A stretch of DNA of 64,000 nt, from NCBI GenBank assembly GCA_963802165.1, contig CAWDHT010000030.1, positions 84,684-148,683 of the forward strand, given 5' to 3'. The DNA comes from an uncultured Chloroflexia bacterium (GTDB lineage Bacteria > Chloroflexota > Limnocylindria > Limnocylindrales > CSP1-4). The first letter of the stretch is position 1. The number at the start of each line of letters is the position of its first letter. The translations under genes and the position numbers were made by a program. Shown here piece by piece: positions 39,920 to 53,107 of this stretch. Below the pieces are notes generated by a model. It saw nothing but the letters and a program-made list of their open reading frames with translations. It did not search any database and was not told where the DNA came from.

Positions 39920-40091
39920 GGGGTGCTCCTCATGCTCCGCGGGAGTGTAGCCGCCGGAACCTTTCGGGGCCGCGCGGGTTATTGTCCGGTAGGGCCGCCC
40001 ACCGGCGTCGTTCTCGAAGTCGTGCCCGTCGAGCACCCGGCGGGCTCAGAGGAGTCCAGCGCTGCGCCAACCGCTCGGCCTGTGGTCAATC

Positions 40092-43000
40092 GTGCTTCGT
40101 CGGAGCCGCTCCGACTGGCCGGTCGTGGTCGCGTCGTGGGCCCTCCTGGCTTGTGCCCTGGGCCTGCTGGCGGCGGGAACGCTGTACACCGACGCCGTCA
40201 CGCTCGCTGGGCTCCACCGGGAGCTCGCCGCGGCACCGGCCGTCGACCGCGCCATCGTCGTCCGGACGCAGATCCTTCCCGAGCGCCTGCCGACCGCGGA
40301 TGCGGCCATCACCCCGCAGCTGGAGCGGGTCATCGCGCCCACCGGTGGCGAGATCGCCAGGGTGCTCCGGTCGAGCCCGTACGCGGATGCTGCCACCGAT
40401 CCCGCCGCGGTCACCGACCTGGTGCTGTTCGCCGCCCTCGAGGGTGTTCGCGATCACGCGACCCTGGTCGACGGACGCTGGCCGGAGGCCGGCGGGACGC
40501 CGGTCGAGGTCGCCGTGTCCGAGCCGGCCGCCAGGGTCCTCGGCGTCGCCACCGGTGGCCGGATCCCGCTCGTCGGGCGCCTGGATGGCCGGCCGCTGGA
40601 AGCTGTCGTCACCGGTACCTGGCGCGCGGACCCCGCGGATCCGTACTGGCTGGGCGACCCGCTCCTGCTCGCCGGGACCGAGGCGGGTGGGTCGTTCAGG
40701 CTCGTGGGTCCGCTGGTGGCGGAGCCGGCCGACCTCCAGGGTCCCCTGGCCGGCGGGCGCACCCTGGACGCGCAATGGCGCGCCATCCCGGACCTCGCCG
40801 GGTTCCGACCGGAGAACCTGGACCAGGTGGCGGCATCCCTGAAGGGGCTGCTGGGGGAGGTCAACGCAGCGCTGCCGGGGTCGAACCAGGCCACGGTCGC
40901 CACGAAGCTGCCGGCGATCCTCGCCGCCGTCGACCGCTCGGTCCTGGTCGCCCAGTCCGGCATCCTGCTCCTGCTGGTCCAGTTCGGTGTGCTCGCCGGC
41001 TACGCCGTGATCCTGGTCGCGGCCCTGCTCATGGACCGGCGGCGCACAGGGACTGCGCTGCTGCAGGCGCGCGGCGCCGGATTCCGGCACCTGGTCCGCA
41101 TGTCGGCGGGCGAGGCGCTGCTGATCGTGGTGCCGGCCGTGCTGGCCGCGCCCTGGATCGCGACGCTCCTGGTGGCGGCCGTCGGGCTGAACCCGGCGCT
41201 CGAGCAGGTGGGCCTGACCGCACCGCTGCCAACGGCCGCCACGTTCGGGGTCGCAGCGATTGCCGGACTGCTCGCGTTGCTGGCGCTGGTGCTGCCGACG
41301 CTGTGGACGGGCGTGAGCATCGCCAGCGTACGGGTGGGCCTGGGGAGACAGGTCGGCCGGACGCTGTCGCAGCGCCTGGGGCTCGATCTCCTGCTCGTGC
41401 TCCTGGCGGCCGTTGCCCTGTTCCAGTTGCGCCTCTACGGCGCCCCGATCACCCGCAACGCCCGGGGCGCGCTCGGCGTGGATCCGCTGCTGGTCGCCGC
41501 GCCCGCGATCGGGCTGCTGGCGGGCGCGGTGATCGCGGTCCGGATCGTCCCGCGCATCGCGGAGGTGGCCGAGCGCCTGCTCTCCCGTGGGCGCGGCCTC
41601 GTGCCCTCGATGGGCGGGCGCCAGGTCGCCCGACGCCCGCTGCGCTACACGCGGGCCGCACTGCTGCTGGTGCTCGCGGCCGCGCTCGGGACGTTCGCCT
41701 CCGCGCATGCCGCCACATGGGCGCGAAGCCAGGCCGACCAGGCGGCCTTCGCCTCGGGGGCGGACGTGCGCCTGGAACCCGCGACACCGTCGGAGGTGCC
41801 CGACTGGGCGCTGGGCGAGGCGTTGCGCAGCCTGCCGGGCGTCACCTCCGCCACGCCGGTCGTCCGGGCGAGCGTCAGCCTCGGCACCGCCCTGCGCGAC
41901 GGACTGGTCCTGGGCATCGACGGCCCGGCCCTGGCCGAGATCGTTCGCCAACCGGACTCAGCCAGCGCGGACGCCACCCGCGCGTCGTTGCAGTCGCTGG
42001 CCGACGGTCGCCCGGCCACCCCGGGCCTCGAGGTGCCGGCCGGCACGCGGCGCCTGTCGGTCGTCGTCGATTCGACCTTCACGGCGGAGGAGGGCTTCGA
42101 GTCGGTGCCGCCGGGCTACGAGGGCCTCGACGTGGCTGCCGTGGTGGTCGACGGGGACGGCCGCATCGCGCGCATCGAGGGCTCCCCGGTGGCCCTCGGC
42201 ATCGACGGGGCGCGATCGGTCATCACCCTCGCCCCGCCCGGCACGGCGGCGGCCGTGACGCCGCCGGTGCACGTCCTCGCGATCGAGTTCGACCTCTCGT
42301 TCACCGGCCTGCCGGACACGCTGGCGAGCGGTGTCGTCACCGTCCGCGCACTGGGGACCAGCCCCGACGCGGCAGGTGACAGCTGGACGGACACGCCGCT
42401 CGCAGACGTCTCGCCGCAGTCGTGGACCATCAACGACGGCGGAGGCAGCGTCCCCTACGAGCCGGCCCGGCCGGGTGAGCTCGTCGTCGCCAGCGCGAGC
42501 CCGTTCTCCAGCACGGCCTGGCGGCTCTCCTTCGGCCGCGTCACCGCTCCCGAGATCGCCGCCCTCGTGAACCCGGTCTTCCTCGAGCGCACCGGAGCCC
42601 GCGTGGGCGACACGCTCGAGGCAAGCATCTTCGGCCTGCCGGTCACGCTCCGGCTGCGCGGCGAGGTGGACGGCTTCCCATCCCAGCCGCCGACGAAGCC
42701 ACTGCTCCTGGCCGACGGACCGTCGCTGGACCTTGCCCGCTACGCCGGCGGCGTGACCCTCGCCCCGACGTCCGAGTGGTGGCTCGCAACCGCCGCGGGC
42801 GCCTCCGATGGGGTCGCCGGCCTGGCCGGCGCAGCGCCGATCGCGGCATCCGTCGTCGTTGAGCGCGCGGGTCTCGAGGCCGACCTCGCCGGCGATCCCC
42901 TGGGACTCGCCGTCATCGGCATCCTCGGGCTCGGTTCCATCGCGGCGCTCGTGTTCGCCGCGATCGGGTTCCTCGTCACGACGACGGTGTCCACGCAGGA

Positions 43001-43334
43001 GCGGCTGGGCGAGTTCGCGCTGCTCAAGGCGCTTGGCCTCGCACCGCGCCAGCTGTTCCGGTGGCTGACGCTCGAGAGCATCGCCCTGCTGGCGGTGGGC
43101 CTGCTGATGGGGATCCTGCTCGGGATCGTGCTCGCCTGGCTGACGCTGCCGTTCGCCACCCTCACGGCCACGGGTGAGCCGCCGGTCCCCGCGCCCGTCG
43201 TCGTCGTGCCGCTCGACGCGCTCGTGCCCACGCTGGTGCTGGCCGCATTCCTGGTGGTCGCGTCGATGCTGCTGGTGCGGCGTCTGGTGCCCGCGGCGCA
43301 GACCAGCGCGGTCCTCCGCGCGAAGGACGAGTAG
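40092..43334 (+). CDS. Giant FtsX/MacB-like ABC exporter permease (1)
   Basis: LVDGRWP..EVAVS, RRTGTALLQARGA, GADVRL and ERLGEFALLKALGL, i.e. two FtsX-type TM modules. The start may be 40062. Confidence 0.85.
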   Translation: MLRRSRSDWPVVVASWALLACALGLLAAGTLYTDAVTLAGLHRELAAAPAVDRAIVVRTQILPERLPTADAAITPQLERVIAPTGGEIARVLRSSPYADAATDPAAVTDLVLFAALEGVRDHATLVDGRWPEAGGTPVEVAVSEPAARVLGVATGGRIPLVGRLDGRPLEAVVTGTWRADPADPYWLGDPLLLAGTEAGGSFRLVGPLVAEPADLQGPLAGGRTLDAQWRAIPDLAGFRPENLDQVAASLKGLLGEVNAALPGSNQATVATKLPAILAAVDRSVLVAQSGILLLLVQFGVLAGYAVILVAALLMDRRRTGTALLQARGAGFRHLVRMSAGEALLIVVPAVLAAPWIATLLVAAVGLNPALEQVGLTAPLPTAATFGVAAIAGLLALLALVLPTLWTGVSIASVRVGLGRQVGRTLSQRLGLDLLLVLLAAVALFQLRLYGAPITRNARGALGVDPLLVAAPAIGLLAGAVIAVRIVPRIAEVAERLLSRGRGLVPSMGGRQVARRPLRYTRAALLLVLAAALGTFASAHAATWARSQADQAAFASGADVRLEPATPSEVPDWALGEALRSLPGVTSATPVVRASVSLGTALRDGLVLGIDGPALAEIVRQPDSASADATRASLQSLADGRPATPGLEVPAGTRRLSVVVDSTFTAEEGFESVPPGYEGLDVAAVVVDGDGRIARIEGSPVALGIDGARSVITLAPPGTAAAVTPPVHVLAIEFDLSFTGLPDTLASGVVTVRALGTSPDAAGDSWTDTPLADVSPQSWTINDGGGSVPYEPARPGELVVASASPFSSTAWRLSFGRVTAPEIAALVNPVFLERTGARVGDTLEASIFGLPVTLRLRGEVDGFPSQPPTKPLLLADGPSLDLARYAGGVTLAPTSEWWLATAAGASDGVAGLAGAAPIAASVVVERAGLEADLAGDPLGLAVIGILGLGSIAALVFAAIGFLVTTTVSTQERLGEFALLKALGLAPRQLFRWLTLESIALLAVGLLMGILLGIVLAWLTLPFATLTATGEPPVPAPVVVVPLDALVPTLVLAAFLVVASMLLVRRLVPAAQTSAVLRAKDE

Positions 43335-43336
43335 CG

Positions 43337-46116
43337 ATGGCCTGGACGGTCGTCGCCCTGCGCCGGATCCGCGTGGATGTGGCGCCCACGCTGGGCGTTC
43401 TCGTGCTCGTGCTGGCGACGGCGCTGATCGCCGCGCTCGCCCCGCGGATCCTGGCGTCGCTCGCGGACGACGCGGTCCGGGGCGAGGTCGCCGCCGCCCC
43501 GGCGGCCGCCCGGAACATCGTCCTGGTCGAGCACGCCACCATCGGCGACGGGCCGCCCGACGACCCGCTCGCCGAGGTCCGGACGGCCGGCGACGTCCTG
43601 CGCGAGACGTTCCCGCTCCGCGTGGAGCGGCTCGTGGCGTCCCAGGACGCCGTCGTCGAGAGCAATCGCTTCCGGCTCCAGAAGCCGACCACCGACCCGG
43701 CGTTCATCAGGTTCCGGATCCAGGAGGGGATCGACGGCCACGTCCGCTACGTGGAGGGCCGAGCCCCGACCGCGACGGTGGAGACCCGCGACGACGTCGG
43801 CCCCGAGGCCCTCGACGGCGTTCCGGTGTTCGAGACCGGGGTGTCCCGCCAGACCGCCGATCGCTTCGGTCTCGTGCTGGACGAGGTCGTGACGCTGCTG
43901 GGCGACCCGGGCGACCCGCTCCTCGGCCGGACGCCGCAGGACGTCTACGCCTTCGCCCGGATCACGGGCATCTACGAGGTCCCCGACGAGACCTCCGAGT
44001 TCTGGCTCGACGATCCGCTCGCGATCCACCCGGTCATCCGTGCGCTCTCGAGCGAGGTCCAGCTCCTCGACGCGGCCCTGGTGCTCGACCCTGCGGCGCA
44101 CGCGCCGCTGTCCGCGTTCTTCGGCCAGCTGGGACGGCCGCTGCGCTACACCTGGCGCTACTTCGTGGACGATGGCGGGATCAGCGCGAGTGCCGTGCCG
44201 GGGCTGATCACCGCGTTCCGCCGCCTGGAGGTGCTCTATCCGTCGGCGAACGTGACGGCCGACGGCAACACGGCGATGCGCACGGAGTTGCTGGCGATCC
44301 TCGAGGGCTTCGACGCCGCATGGGCGGCGGCGGAGTCGATCGTTGCCGTCATGGCGGTGGGACCCGCACTGGTCGCGCTGGCCACGCTCGCCCTGGTCGC
44401 GGTCCTGGCCGCCCGTCGCCGGCGGGCGACCATGGCGCTGGCCCGCAGCCGCGGCGCGTCCGGGGCCCAGGTGGTCCTGCCCACGCTGGCCGAGGGCCTC
44501 CTGGTCGCCGTTCCGCCTGCCGTGCTGGCCACGGTCGCTGCCATCCTGCTCGTCGACAGCGGCCGCGCCTGGCTCTCGTTCGCGATGGCGGCTCGGTCGT
44601 CGCGGTCGCGGTGGCGATCCTGGTCGCGACGGTGGTCCCGACGGCGCGCGGGTTCGGCCCGGAGCGGCAGCGGGACGAAGGTTCGGTGGGTCTGGCGGGA
44701 GGCCGGCGCCTGGTCGTCGAGGCGTTCGTGGTCGGCCTGGCCGCCGGCGCCGCGTACCTGCTGAGCGAGCGGGGCGTGGGCGGTCCGGGTCGAGGTGATG
44801 GCGTTGCCGCCACCGGCGGCGCGGCCGGTGCCGCGGGCTTCGATCCGCTCATCGCCGCGGTGCCCGCGCTGGTCGGGATCGCCGCCGGCATCGCCGCCCT
44901 GCGTGTCTACCCGCTGGTGATGCGCCTCGCGTCTGGCGTGGCCCGCCGCCGCCGGGGTCTCGTGCCCATGCTCGCCGCCCGACGGGCCTCCGAGGGCGGA
45001 GGGTCGGCAGTGCTGCTGGTCCTGCTTGCGACGGCAACGGTGGGTGCCTTCGGCGCTGTTGCCCTGGACAGCCTCGACCGGGGCGCGGACCTCGCGGCCT
45101 GGAACGCGGTGGGGGCGCACTACCGCGTCGAAGCGCCGACGGGCGCGCTGCCCACGGGCTTCGACGCGGCCACGCTGCCGGGGGTGGAGGCGGCGGCGAC
45201 GGAGTTCCAGGGCAACATCCCCCTGGGCCTGGCCGGGCCGCAGACCCTGTTCGTCGCCGTGGAGGCGGCGGCGCTGGCCGAGGTGCTCGAAGGCACGCCC
45301 GTCGCGCCCACATACCCGCAGGGCTTCACAGAGCCCGGTCCCGGGCCCATTCCCGCCATCATCTCGACGTCGGTCGCCGAGAGCCCACGGGGCGTCAAGC
45401 TCGGCGAGACGTTCACCATGAGCGTCGAGGGTTACAACCTGACGTACCGCGCCGAGATGGTGGTCGACTCCTTCCCCGGCCTGCCGGCCGGGCGAGGGTT
45501 CGTCGTGGCACCCCGGGAGTGGTTCCTGGCCAAGGCACCGGCCGCCAGGATCGTGCCGGTCGTCGCGTTCATGCGCGCCCCGGCGGCGGCCGCGGACGCC
45601 ATCCGCGCGGAGGTTGCGGCTACGCAGCCGACGCTGACCGTTGGCTCGCAGGCGGAGGACGCCGAGGCCCGTCGTGCGGAGCCGGTGACCGGGGCCGTGC
45701 GGGCGCTGATCCTGCTCGCGGTCCTCGTCACGGCCGCGTACGCCGCGCTGGGTGTTGCGGCAGCGCTCGCGCTCGCGGGGCTTGCCCGCGCCAGCGAGGT
45801 GGCCCACCTGCGCACGCTGGGTCTCACGAGCCGCCAGTCGTTCGCCCTGCTGGCAGGGGAGCATGGCCCGACCACGCTGGCCGCGTTCGTCGCCGGTGGT
45901 CTGCTCGGAGTCGCGCTGTTCGCACTTCTGCGGCCCGCGCTGGGGCTGGGAACCCTCGTCGGGGCCCCGGCCGACGTGCCGGTCGTCGTCGAGCCGGCCC
46001 AACTGCTCCTGATCCTGGTCGTGATGACCGCCGTCGTGACGTTCGGGCTCCTGCTCGGCGCCGCGCTCCAGCGCCGGGTGGCGCCAACCGCCGCACTTCG
46101 AGGAAGATCAGCGTGA
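43337..46116 (+). CDS. Giant FtsX/MacB-like ABC exporter permease (2); frameshift ~44590
   Basis: YVEGRAP, RRATMALARSRGAS, VGAHYRV and RASEVAHLRTLGL. The two halves lie in ORFs 43337 and 43174. Confidence 0.85.
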
Positions 46117-47135
46117 TGCCGAACCCGCCGCCTCCCATCGACGACCGCCCGGATCCCCTGGCCGGCGCCACGCTGCGCGCGGCGCCGCGCGTCCGGTACG
46201 GGGACGGCGCCGTCATCGTCTGTGACGGCCTCGTTCGCATCTTCAAGCTGGCCGAGCTGGAGGTCGTCGCGCTCCAGGGCCTCGACCTCCTGGTCGAGGG
46301 CGGCGAGATGATCGCGATCGTGGGCGCGTCGGGGAGTGGGAAGTCCACGCTCCTCGCCATCCTCGGCGGGATGGATGTCCCGTCGGCGGGCCGCGCCCTC
46401 GTGGCTGGCTACGACCTCGGGCGAATGGGCAACGCAGAGCGCACGCGGTTCCGTCGGCGGACCGTGGGCTTCATCTGGCAGCAGACCGGGCGGAACCTCG
46501 TTCCGTACCTGTCGGCGGTGGAGAACGTGGAGCTGCCGATGGTGCTCGACGGCCGGAAGGGTCGTCGAGCGAGGGCCCTCGAGCTGCTCGACCTGGTGGG
46601 GATCGCGGACCGTGCGGCGAACCGGCCAGAACGGCTGTCCGGCGGTGAACAGCAGCGCGTGGCCGTCGCGGTGGCCCTTGCCAACGACCCCAGCGTGGTG
46701 CTCGCCGACGAGCCCACCGGCGAGCTCGACAGCCGCACGTCGGCGGAGGTGTTCGGGCTGCTGCGGCGCGTCAACCGGGAGCTGGGCACCACGATCGTGA
46801 TCGTGACCCACGATGCGTTCGTGTCCGAGCAGGTGGGCCGCACGGTGGCGATCCGAGACGGCCGCACCAGCACGGAGACGCTGCGCCGCACCGAGCAGAC
46901 CGACGACGGGCATCGGGTGATCAGCGAGGAGTACGCGGTCCTCGATCGAGCCGGCCGGCTCCAGCTGCCGCGCTCCCACGTCGAGGCACTCGAGCTGCAC
47001 AAGCGCGTCCGGCTGCGCCTGGAGGAGGACCATGTCGGGGTCTGGCCCGACCTCGGCGATCGCGCTGCGAGCCCTGACGCTCCGGTCCCGGCGACGCCGC
47101 CGGCGACGCCGGTCACCTCGGAGGAACCCCGATGA
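46116..47135 (+). CDS. ABC transporter ATP-binding protein (LolD/MacB type) with C-terminal AbrB-like extension
   Basis: [25 protein letters not shown] and VTHD, with tail [37 protein letters not shown]. Confidence 0.92.
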   Translation: MPNPPPPIDDRPDPLAGATLRAAPRVRYGDGAVIVCDGLVRIFKLAELEVVALQGLDLLVEGGEMIAIVGASGSGKSTLLAILGGMDVPSAGRALVAGYDLGRMGNAERTRFRRRTVGFIWQQTGRNLVPYLSAVENVELPMVLDGRKGRRARALELLDLVGIADRAANRPERLSGGEQQRVAVAVALANDPSVVLADEPTGELDSRTSAEVFGLLRRVNRELGTTIVIVTHDAFVSEQVGRTVAIRDGRTSTETLRRTEQTDDGHRVISEEYAVLDRAGRLQLPRSHVEALELHKRVRLRLEEDHVGVWPDLGDRAASPDAPVPATPPATPVTSEEPR

Positions 47136-47884
47136 CGGAGCGGTACGCGCGACCGGGTCCGGAGCGCGAGGCGATGGTGGTCGCCTCCGGGCTGGTCCGC
47201 GACTTTGCCAGCGGCGACGAGGTCGTTCACGCGCTGCGCGGGATCGACCTGCGCGTGGCCAGGGGAGAGCTGCTGGCCGTCCGCGGCCGCTCCGGGAGCG
47301 GCAAGACCACGCTCCTCAACCTGCTCGGTGGCCTCGACTGGCCCACGTCGGGCACGGTGATCGTGGACGGCACGGAGGTCTCGGCGCTGGACGAGGATGC
47401 ATCGGCGGACGTCCGCCGGCGAACCATCGCCTTCGTGTTCCAGACGTTCGGGCTGATCCCGATCCTGACCGCGGCCGAGAACGTCGAGGTCCCGCTGCGG
47501 CTCGTCGGCGCGGAGCCTCGTGAGCGCGACCGCCGGGTCATGGAGCTGCTGGACCTGGTGGGCCTCGGCGCGCGTGCCGGCCACCGGCCCCACGAGCTCT
47601 CCGGCGGCGAGCAGCAGCGGGTGGCGATCGCTCGCGCCCTGGCCAATCGACCCAGGCTCCTGCTCGCCGACGAGCCGACCGGACAGCTGGACTCCGAGAC
47701 GGGTCAGCGGATCATGCTGCTGATCCGGACGGTGGTCCGGGCCGAGGGTGTGACCGCGATCGTGGCCACCCACGACCCGATCATGCTCGAGGTGGCCGAC
47801 CGCGACATCGAGCTGCTCGACGGTCACCTGGTGGCGTCCGGTTCGTCGACGGGTGCCGAGGGGGAGCGGGTCGCCGGGTCGTGA
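47132..47884 (+). CDS. ABC transporter ATP-binding protein (LolD/MacB type)
   Basis: [25 protein letters not shown] and ATHD. Confidence 0.93.
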   Translation: MTERYARPGPEREAMVVASGLVRDFASGDEVVHALRGIDLRVARGELLAVRGRSGSGKTTLLNLLGGLDWPTSGTVIVDGTEVSALDEDASADVRRRTIAFVFQTFGLIPILTAAENVEVPLRLVGAEPRERDRRVMELLDLVGLGARAGHRPHELSGGEQQRVAIARALANRPRLLLADEPTGQLDSETGQRIMLLIRTVVRAEGVTAIVATHDPIMLEVADRDIELLDGHLVASGSSTGAEGERVAGS

Positions 47885-47936
47885 CGGACGGGCCGATCGC
47901 CCGAATCTCCCGCATGTGCGACACTTCGCCCCGCCC

Positions 47937-49878
<1,942 letters not shown>

Positions 49879-49920
49879 TCGAGTCCCGGCCGGGGGACCC
49901 GGCTGTCGCCAGCCCTTCCC

Positions 49921-51807
49921 TCAGGCCTGCTTCCGTTGCGGTAGGCCAGAAGGGCCACCACGCCGCCGACGGCGGCCAGGCCCAGGATCAACAGGATCGG
50001 GAGGCTCCCGCTGCCGTTGTCGACGGGCGGCGGCTCGACGGCAGGGCTGGCGGCGGGTGTCGGGGCGGGTGTCGGGGGGGCTGTCGGGACCGCGGTGACC
50101 GTCAAGATGACGTTCGAGCTGGCGTTGTCCCTGGTGATCACGGGGACCCCGGCCGCGGTTGCCCAGAGGGTGGATCCGTCCCAGATCGAGCCGCGAGCAA
50201 CGTAGTCCGCATTCGGATCGATCGCCGTGGGGTCGTACGGCACCGAGAACGGAACGGGCACGGCCCCCACCGGGGTGATCAGCTGGAAGCCCACCGTCTC
50301 ACCCGTGCTGACCTTGACGATCAGGGCCGTGCCGTAGGCCTCCGGGTCCCGTGCGGGGTCGAGTCCGACGCCCGTGATCGTCCCGGAGACGGCGCCCTTG
50401 AGCAGGTCCGGCCGGTAGGCGAGGAGCAGCTCGACGTCCTCGGTCAGCGGCCACGGGGCCTTGACCGCCACGCCGACCGGGGTGACCCAGGCCAGGTCGC
50501 CGTCCTGGATCCCCGCGTACAGGTAGTAGGAGGAGCCGGCGGTGGCGGCGCTCATCGGGTAGGCAAGCTCGAACTCGACCGGGATGGGGCCCGGATCCCG
50601 GATCGAGATGGACGTGATGATGTTGCCTTCCTTCGGGCCGCCCTTGCCCTCGACCATGAGGACGACCGCACGCGCTGCGGGCGAGAGCTCGTGAGCCTCC
50701 TTGTAGGTCAGTGACCCCTTGATGATCCCGGTGTCGGGCGCCGGCGTGGGTGAAGGGGTGGCGCTGGCCGACGGCGACGGGGAAGGCGACGGCGACGGCG
50801 ACGGCGACGGCGGTGGGCGCTGGCGACGGCGACGGGGTGGGCGCTGCCGTTGGAGGCGCCGTCGGCGCGGGCGTCGGCTTGGCGGTCGGCTTGGCCGTGG
50901 GTTCCGCCGTCGGCTTGGCCGTGGGTTCCGCCGTCGGCTTGGCCGTGGGCTCCGCCGTCGGCTTGGCCGTGGGCTCCGCCGTCGGCTTGGCCGTGGGCTC
51001 CGCCGTCGGCTTGGCCGTGGGCTCCGCCGTCGGCTTGACCGTGGGCTCCGCGGTGGGCTTGGCCGTCGGAGCCGGTGTCGGCGTGGTTCCCCCGACGAGC
51101 GCCACGGTCACGTTGACGGGGTCGATCACGTCGCCGTCCACGATCGCCTGTGCGGGAGCAGCCGAGGTCCAGGATCGGGTTCCGTCCACGATGCCGGCCC
51201 TGACGACGTACACGGCGCCCGGATCGATCACACCGGGGTCGTAGGCGATCGAGAACGGGATCGGGTTCTGGGCGGGGGAGGGGATCGGTTCGCGAGCCAC
51301 CATGGTGCCGGTGTCCTGGTTGACAAGCGCCGCGAACGCAATGGCGTCGGACGAGAGTGCGCTCTTGTCCGTGCGGGCGATCGTCCCGCTCACGGTGCCG
51401 CTTGCGGACGCGGACACCGGGACGAGCTGGACCGTCAAGCCGGATGTCGGACCGCCGACGATCACCGGCACCGGCTCCAGGCTCTGGAGCGTGCGGGTGT
51501 CATCGACCACGCTGGCGTAGATCGCATAGCTGTGGCTCGGGTTGATCGCCGTGTCGTCGTAGGCCACGCTGAAGTCCAGCGGCAGCGTCGCGCCGTCGAT
51601 CCGCTGGTTCCCGATGATCGCGCCCGCCTCCGGGCTGGCCTGCTGGTCAACGATCGAGATCAGCGCCACGGCGTTGGGGCCGAGCGCCATCTTGTCCTTC
51701 GTCACGAGCGTGCCGGTGACCGTCGCCTGGGCGCCTAGCGCGCTCCCCGTGGGGGCGAGGCCGGCAAGCAGCAGCAGGGGGACCAGCAGGGCGAACAGCT
51801 TGCGCAT
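49921..51807 (-). CDS. Secreted, C-terminally anchored protein with four YbaY-like domains and a Pro/Thr repeat linker (frameshifts ~50810 and probably ~49935)
   Basis: Signal peptide [16 protein letters not shown]. Four units with V/I.GT/S..P..F...YD...I.P...Y patterns. C-terminal TM plus a basic tail. The ORF-track stop is 49845; the corrected stop is inferred at 49921. Confidence 0.75.
50891..51058. repeat. 7 x 24-bp coding tandem repeat (PTAKPTAE)
   Basis: TTGGCCGTGGG(C/T)TCCGCCGTCGGC units directly visible. An adjacent GGCGAC 6-mer run (~50785-50810) encodes SP repeats. Confidence 0.9.
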
Positions 51808-51937
51808 GAGGATCCTCGGGGCAGGGTGACGGCCGTGGTGGCTCTGCGAGAGTGTAGGGACATGTGGCCGCGCGCGCCGTGATGGCCGCTTGCCCTGCGA
51901 CGGGGGCGACGCCATCGGGACGTACAATCCGCGGACC

Positions 51938-53107
51938 ATGCCGATCTACCTCGACCACGCTGCCACCACGCCGCTGCGCGCGGAGGTCGTCGAGGCGATG
52001 CTGCCGTACCTGGGCGGCGCCTTCGGGAACCCTTCGTCCGCCCACGCCTGGGGCCGCGCCGCCCGCGAGGCCCTCGACGACGCGCACGACCGCCTGGCCC
52101 GCGCGATCGGGGCGGACGCCAGGGAGATCGTGTTCACCAGCGGCGGGACCGAGGCGATCAACCTCGCGTTGAAGGGCGCCGCCTGGGCGGGCCGGGCGCG
52201 CGGAGCGCGGATCATCACCTCGCCGGTGGAGCACCACGCCGTCGGGCACGCGCTCAGCCACCTCGAGAAGTTCGGGTTCGAAGTCGTCCAGGTGCCCGTC
52301 GATCGCTACGGGCGCGTCGATCCCGCGGACGTCGAAGGGGCGATGACCGATCGCACGATCCTCGTGACGGTGATGCTCGGCAACAACGAGGTCGGCACGC
52401 TCCAGCCCATCGCGGAGATCTCCCGGATCGTGAAGTCGAGGCGCGGGATCCTGCTCCACGTGGACGCCGTCCAGGCCGCGCCATGGCTGCCGCTCGACGT
52501 CGGGACGCTGGGGGCGGATCTCGTGGCGCTCGCTGCGCACAAGGCCGAGGGGCCCAAGGGAACGGGCGCGCTGTGGATCCGCAAGGGAACCCACATCCTG
52601 TCGCAGCAGCACGGTGGCTCCCAGGAACGGCATCGGCGGGCCGGCACCGAGAACGTGGCGGGTGCCGTGGGCATGGCCACCGCCTTCGAGCTGGCCGCCA
52701 CGGAGCGTACGGCCACCGCCGACCGCGTGCGTGCCCTCCGCGGCCGTCTTGCCGCGGCCGTCCTCGCCGTGGACGGCGTGGAGCCGACCGGTCACCCGGT
52801 CGAGCGCCTGCCGCATATCCTCTCGATCGTGGCCCGCGGCATCGACGGCGGGTCCGTGGCCCTGGCGCTCGACCTGGAGGGGATCGCCGCCTCCACCGGC
52901 TCCGCGTGCTCCAGCGGATCCGGCGAGGTCAGCCACGTCCTGACGGCGATGGGCTACCCGGACGACGAGGCCCGGGGCGCACTCCGGCTGTCGCTGGGCC
53001 GTACGACCACGGACGCGGAGATCGACGAGGCCGCCCGCATCGTCCCCGAGGTGTTGCGACGCCTGGTCGGCGCCGCGCCGCGCCCGTCCGAGGTTGTCGC
53101 CGGATGA
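51938..53107 (+). CDS. iscS: Cysteine desulfurase (IscS/NifS class I)
   Basis: [42 protein letters not shown] and STGSACSSG. Confidence 0.92.
   Translation: MPIYLDHAATTPLRAEVVEAMLPYLGGAFGNPSSAHAWGRAAREALDDAHDRLARAIGADAREIVFTSGGTEAINLALKGAAWAGRARGARIITSPVEHHAVGHALSHLEKFGFEVVQVPVDRYGRVDPADVEGAMTDRTILVTVMLGNNEVGTLQPIAEISRIVKSRRGILLHVDAVQAAPWLPLDVGTLGADLVALAAHKAEGPKGTGALWIRKGTHILSQQHGGSQERHRRAGTENVAGAVGMATAFELAATERTATADRVRALRGRLAAAVLAVDGVEPTGHPVERLPHILSIVARGIDGGSVALALDLEGIAASTGSACSSGSGEVSHVLTAMGYPDDEARGALRLSLGRTTTDAEIDEAARIVPEVLRRLVGAAPRPSEVVAG

Noticed and set aside
50891-51058. CRISPR array
   Set aside because: The 24-bp units are contiguous with no spacers, encode an in-frame Pro/Thr linker, and have no cas genes nearby.
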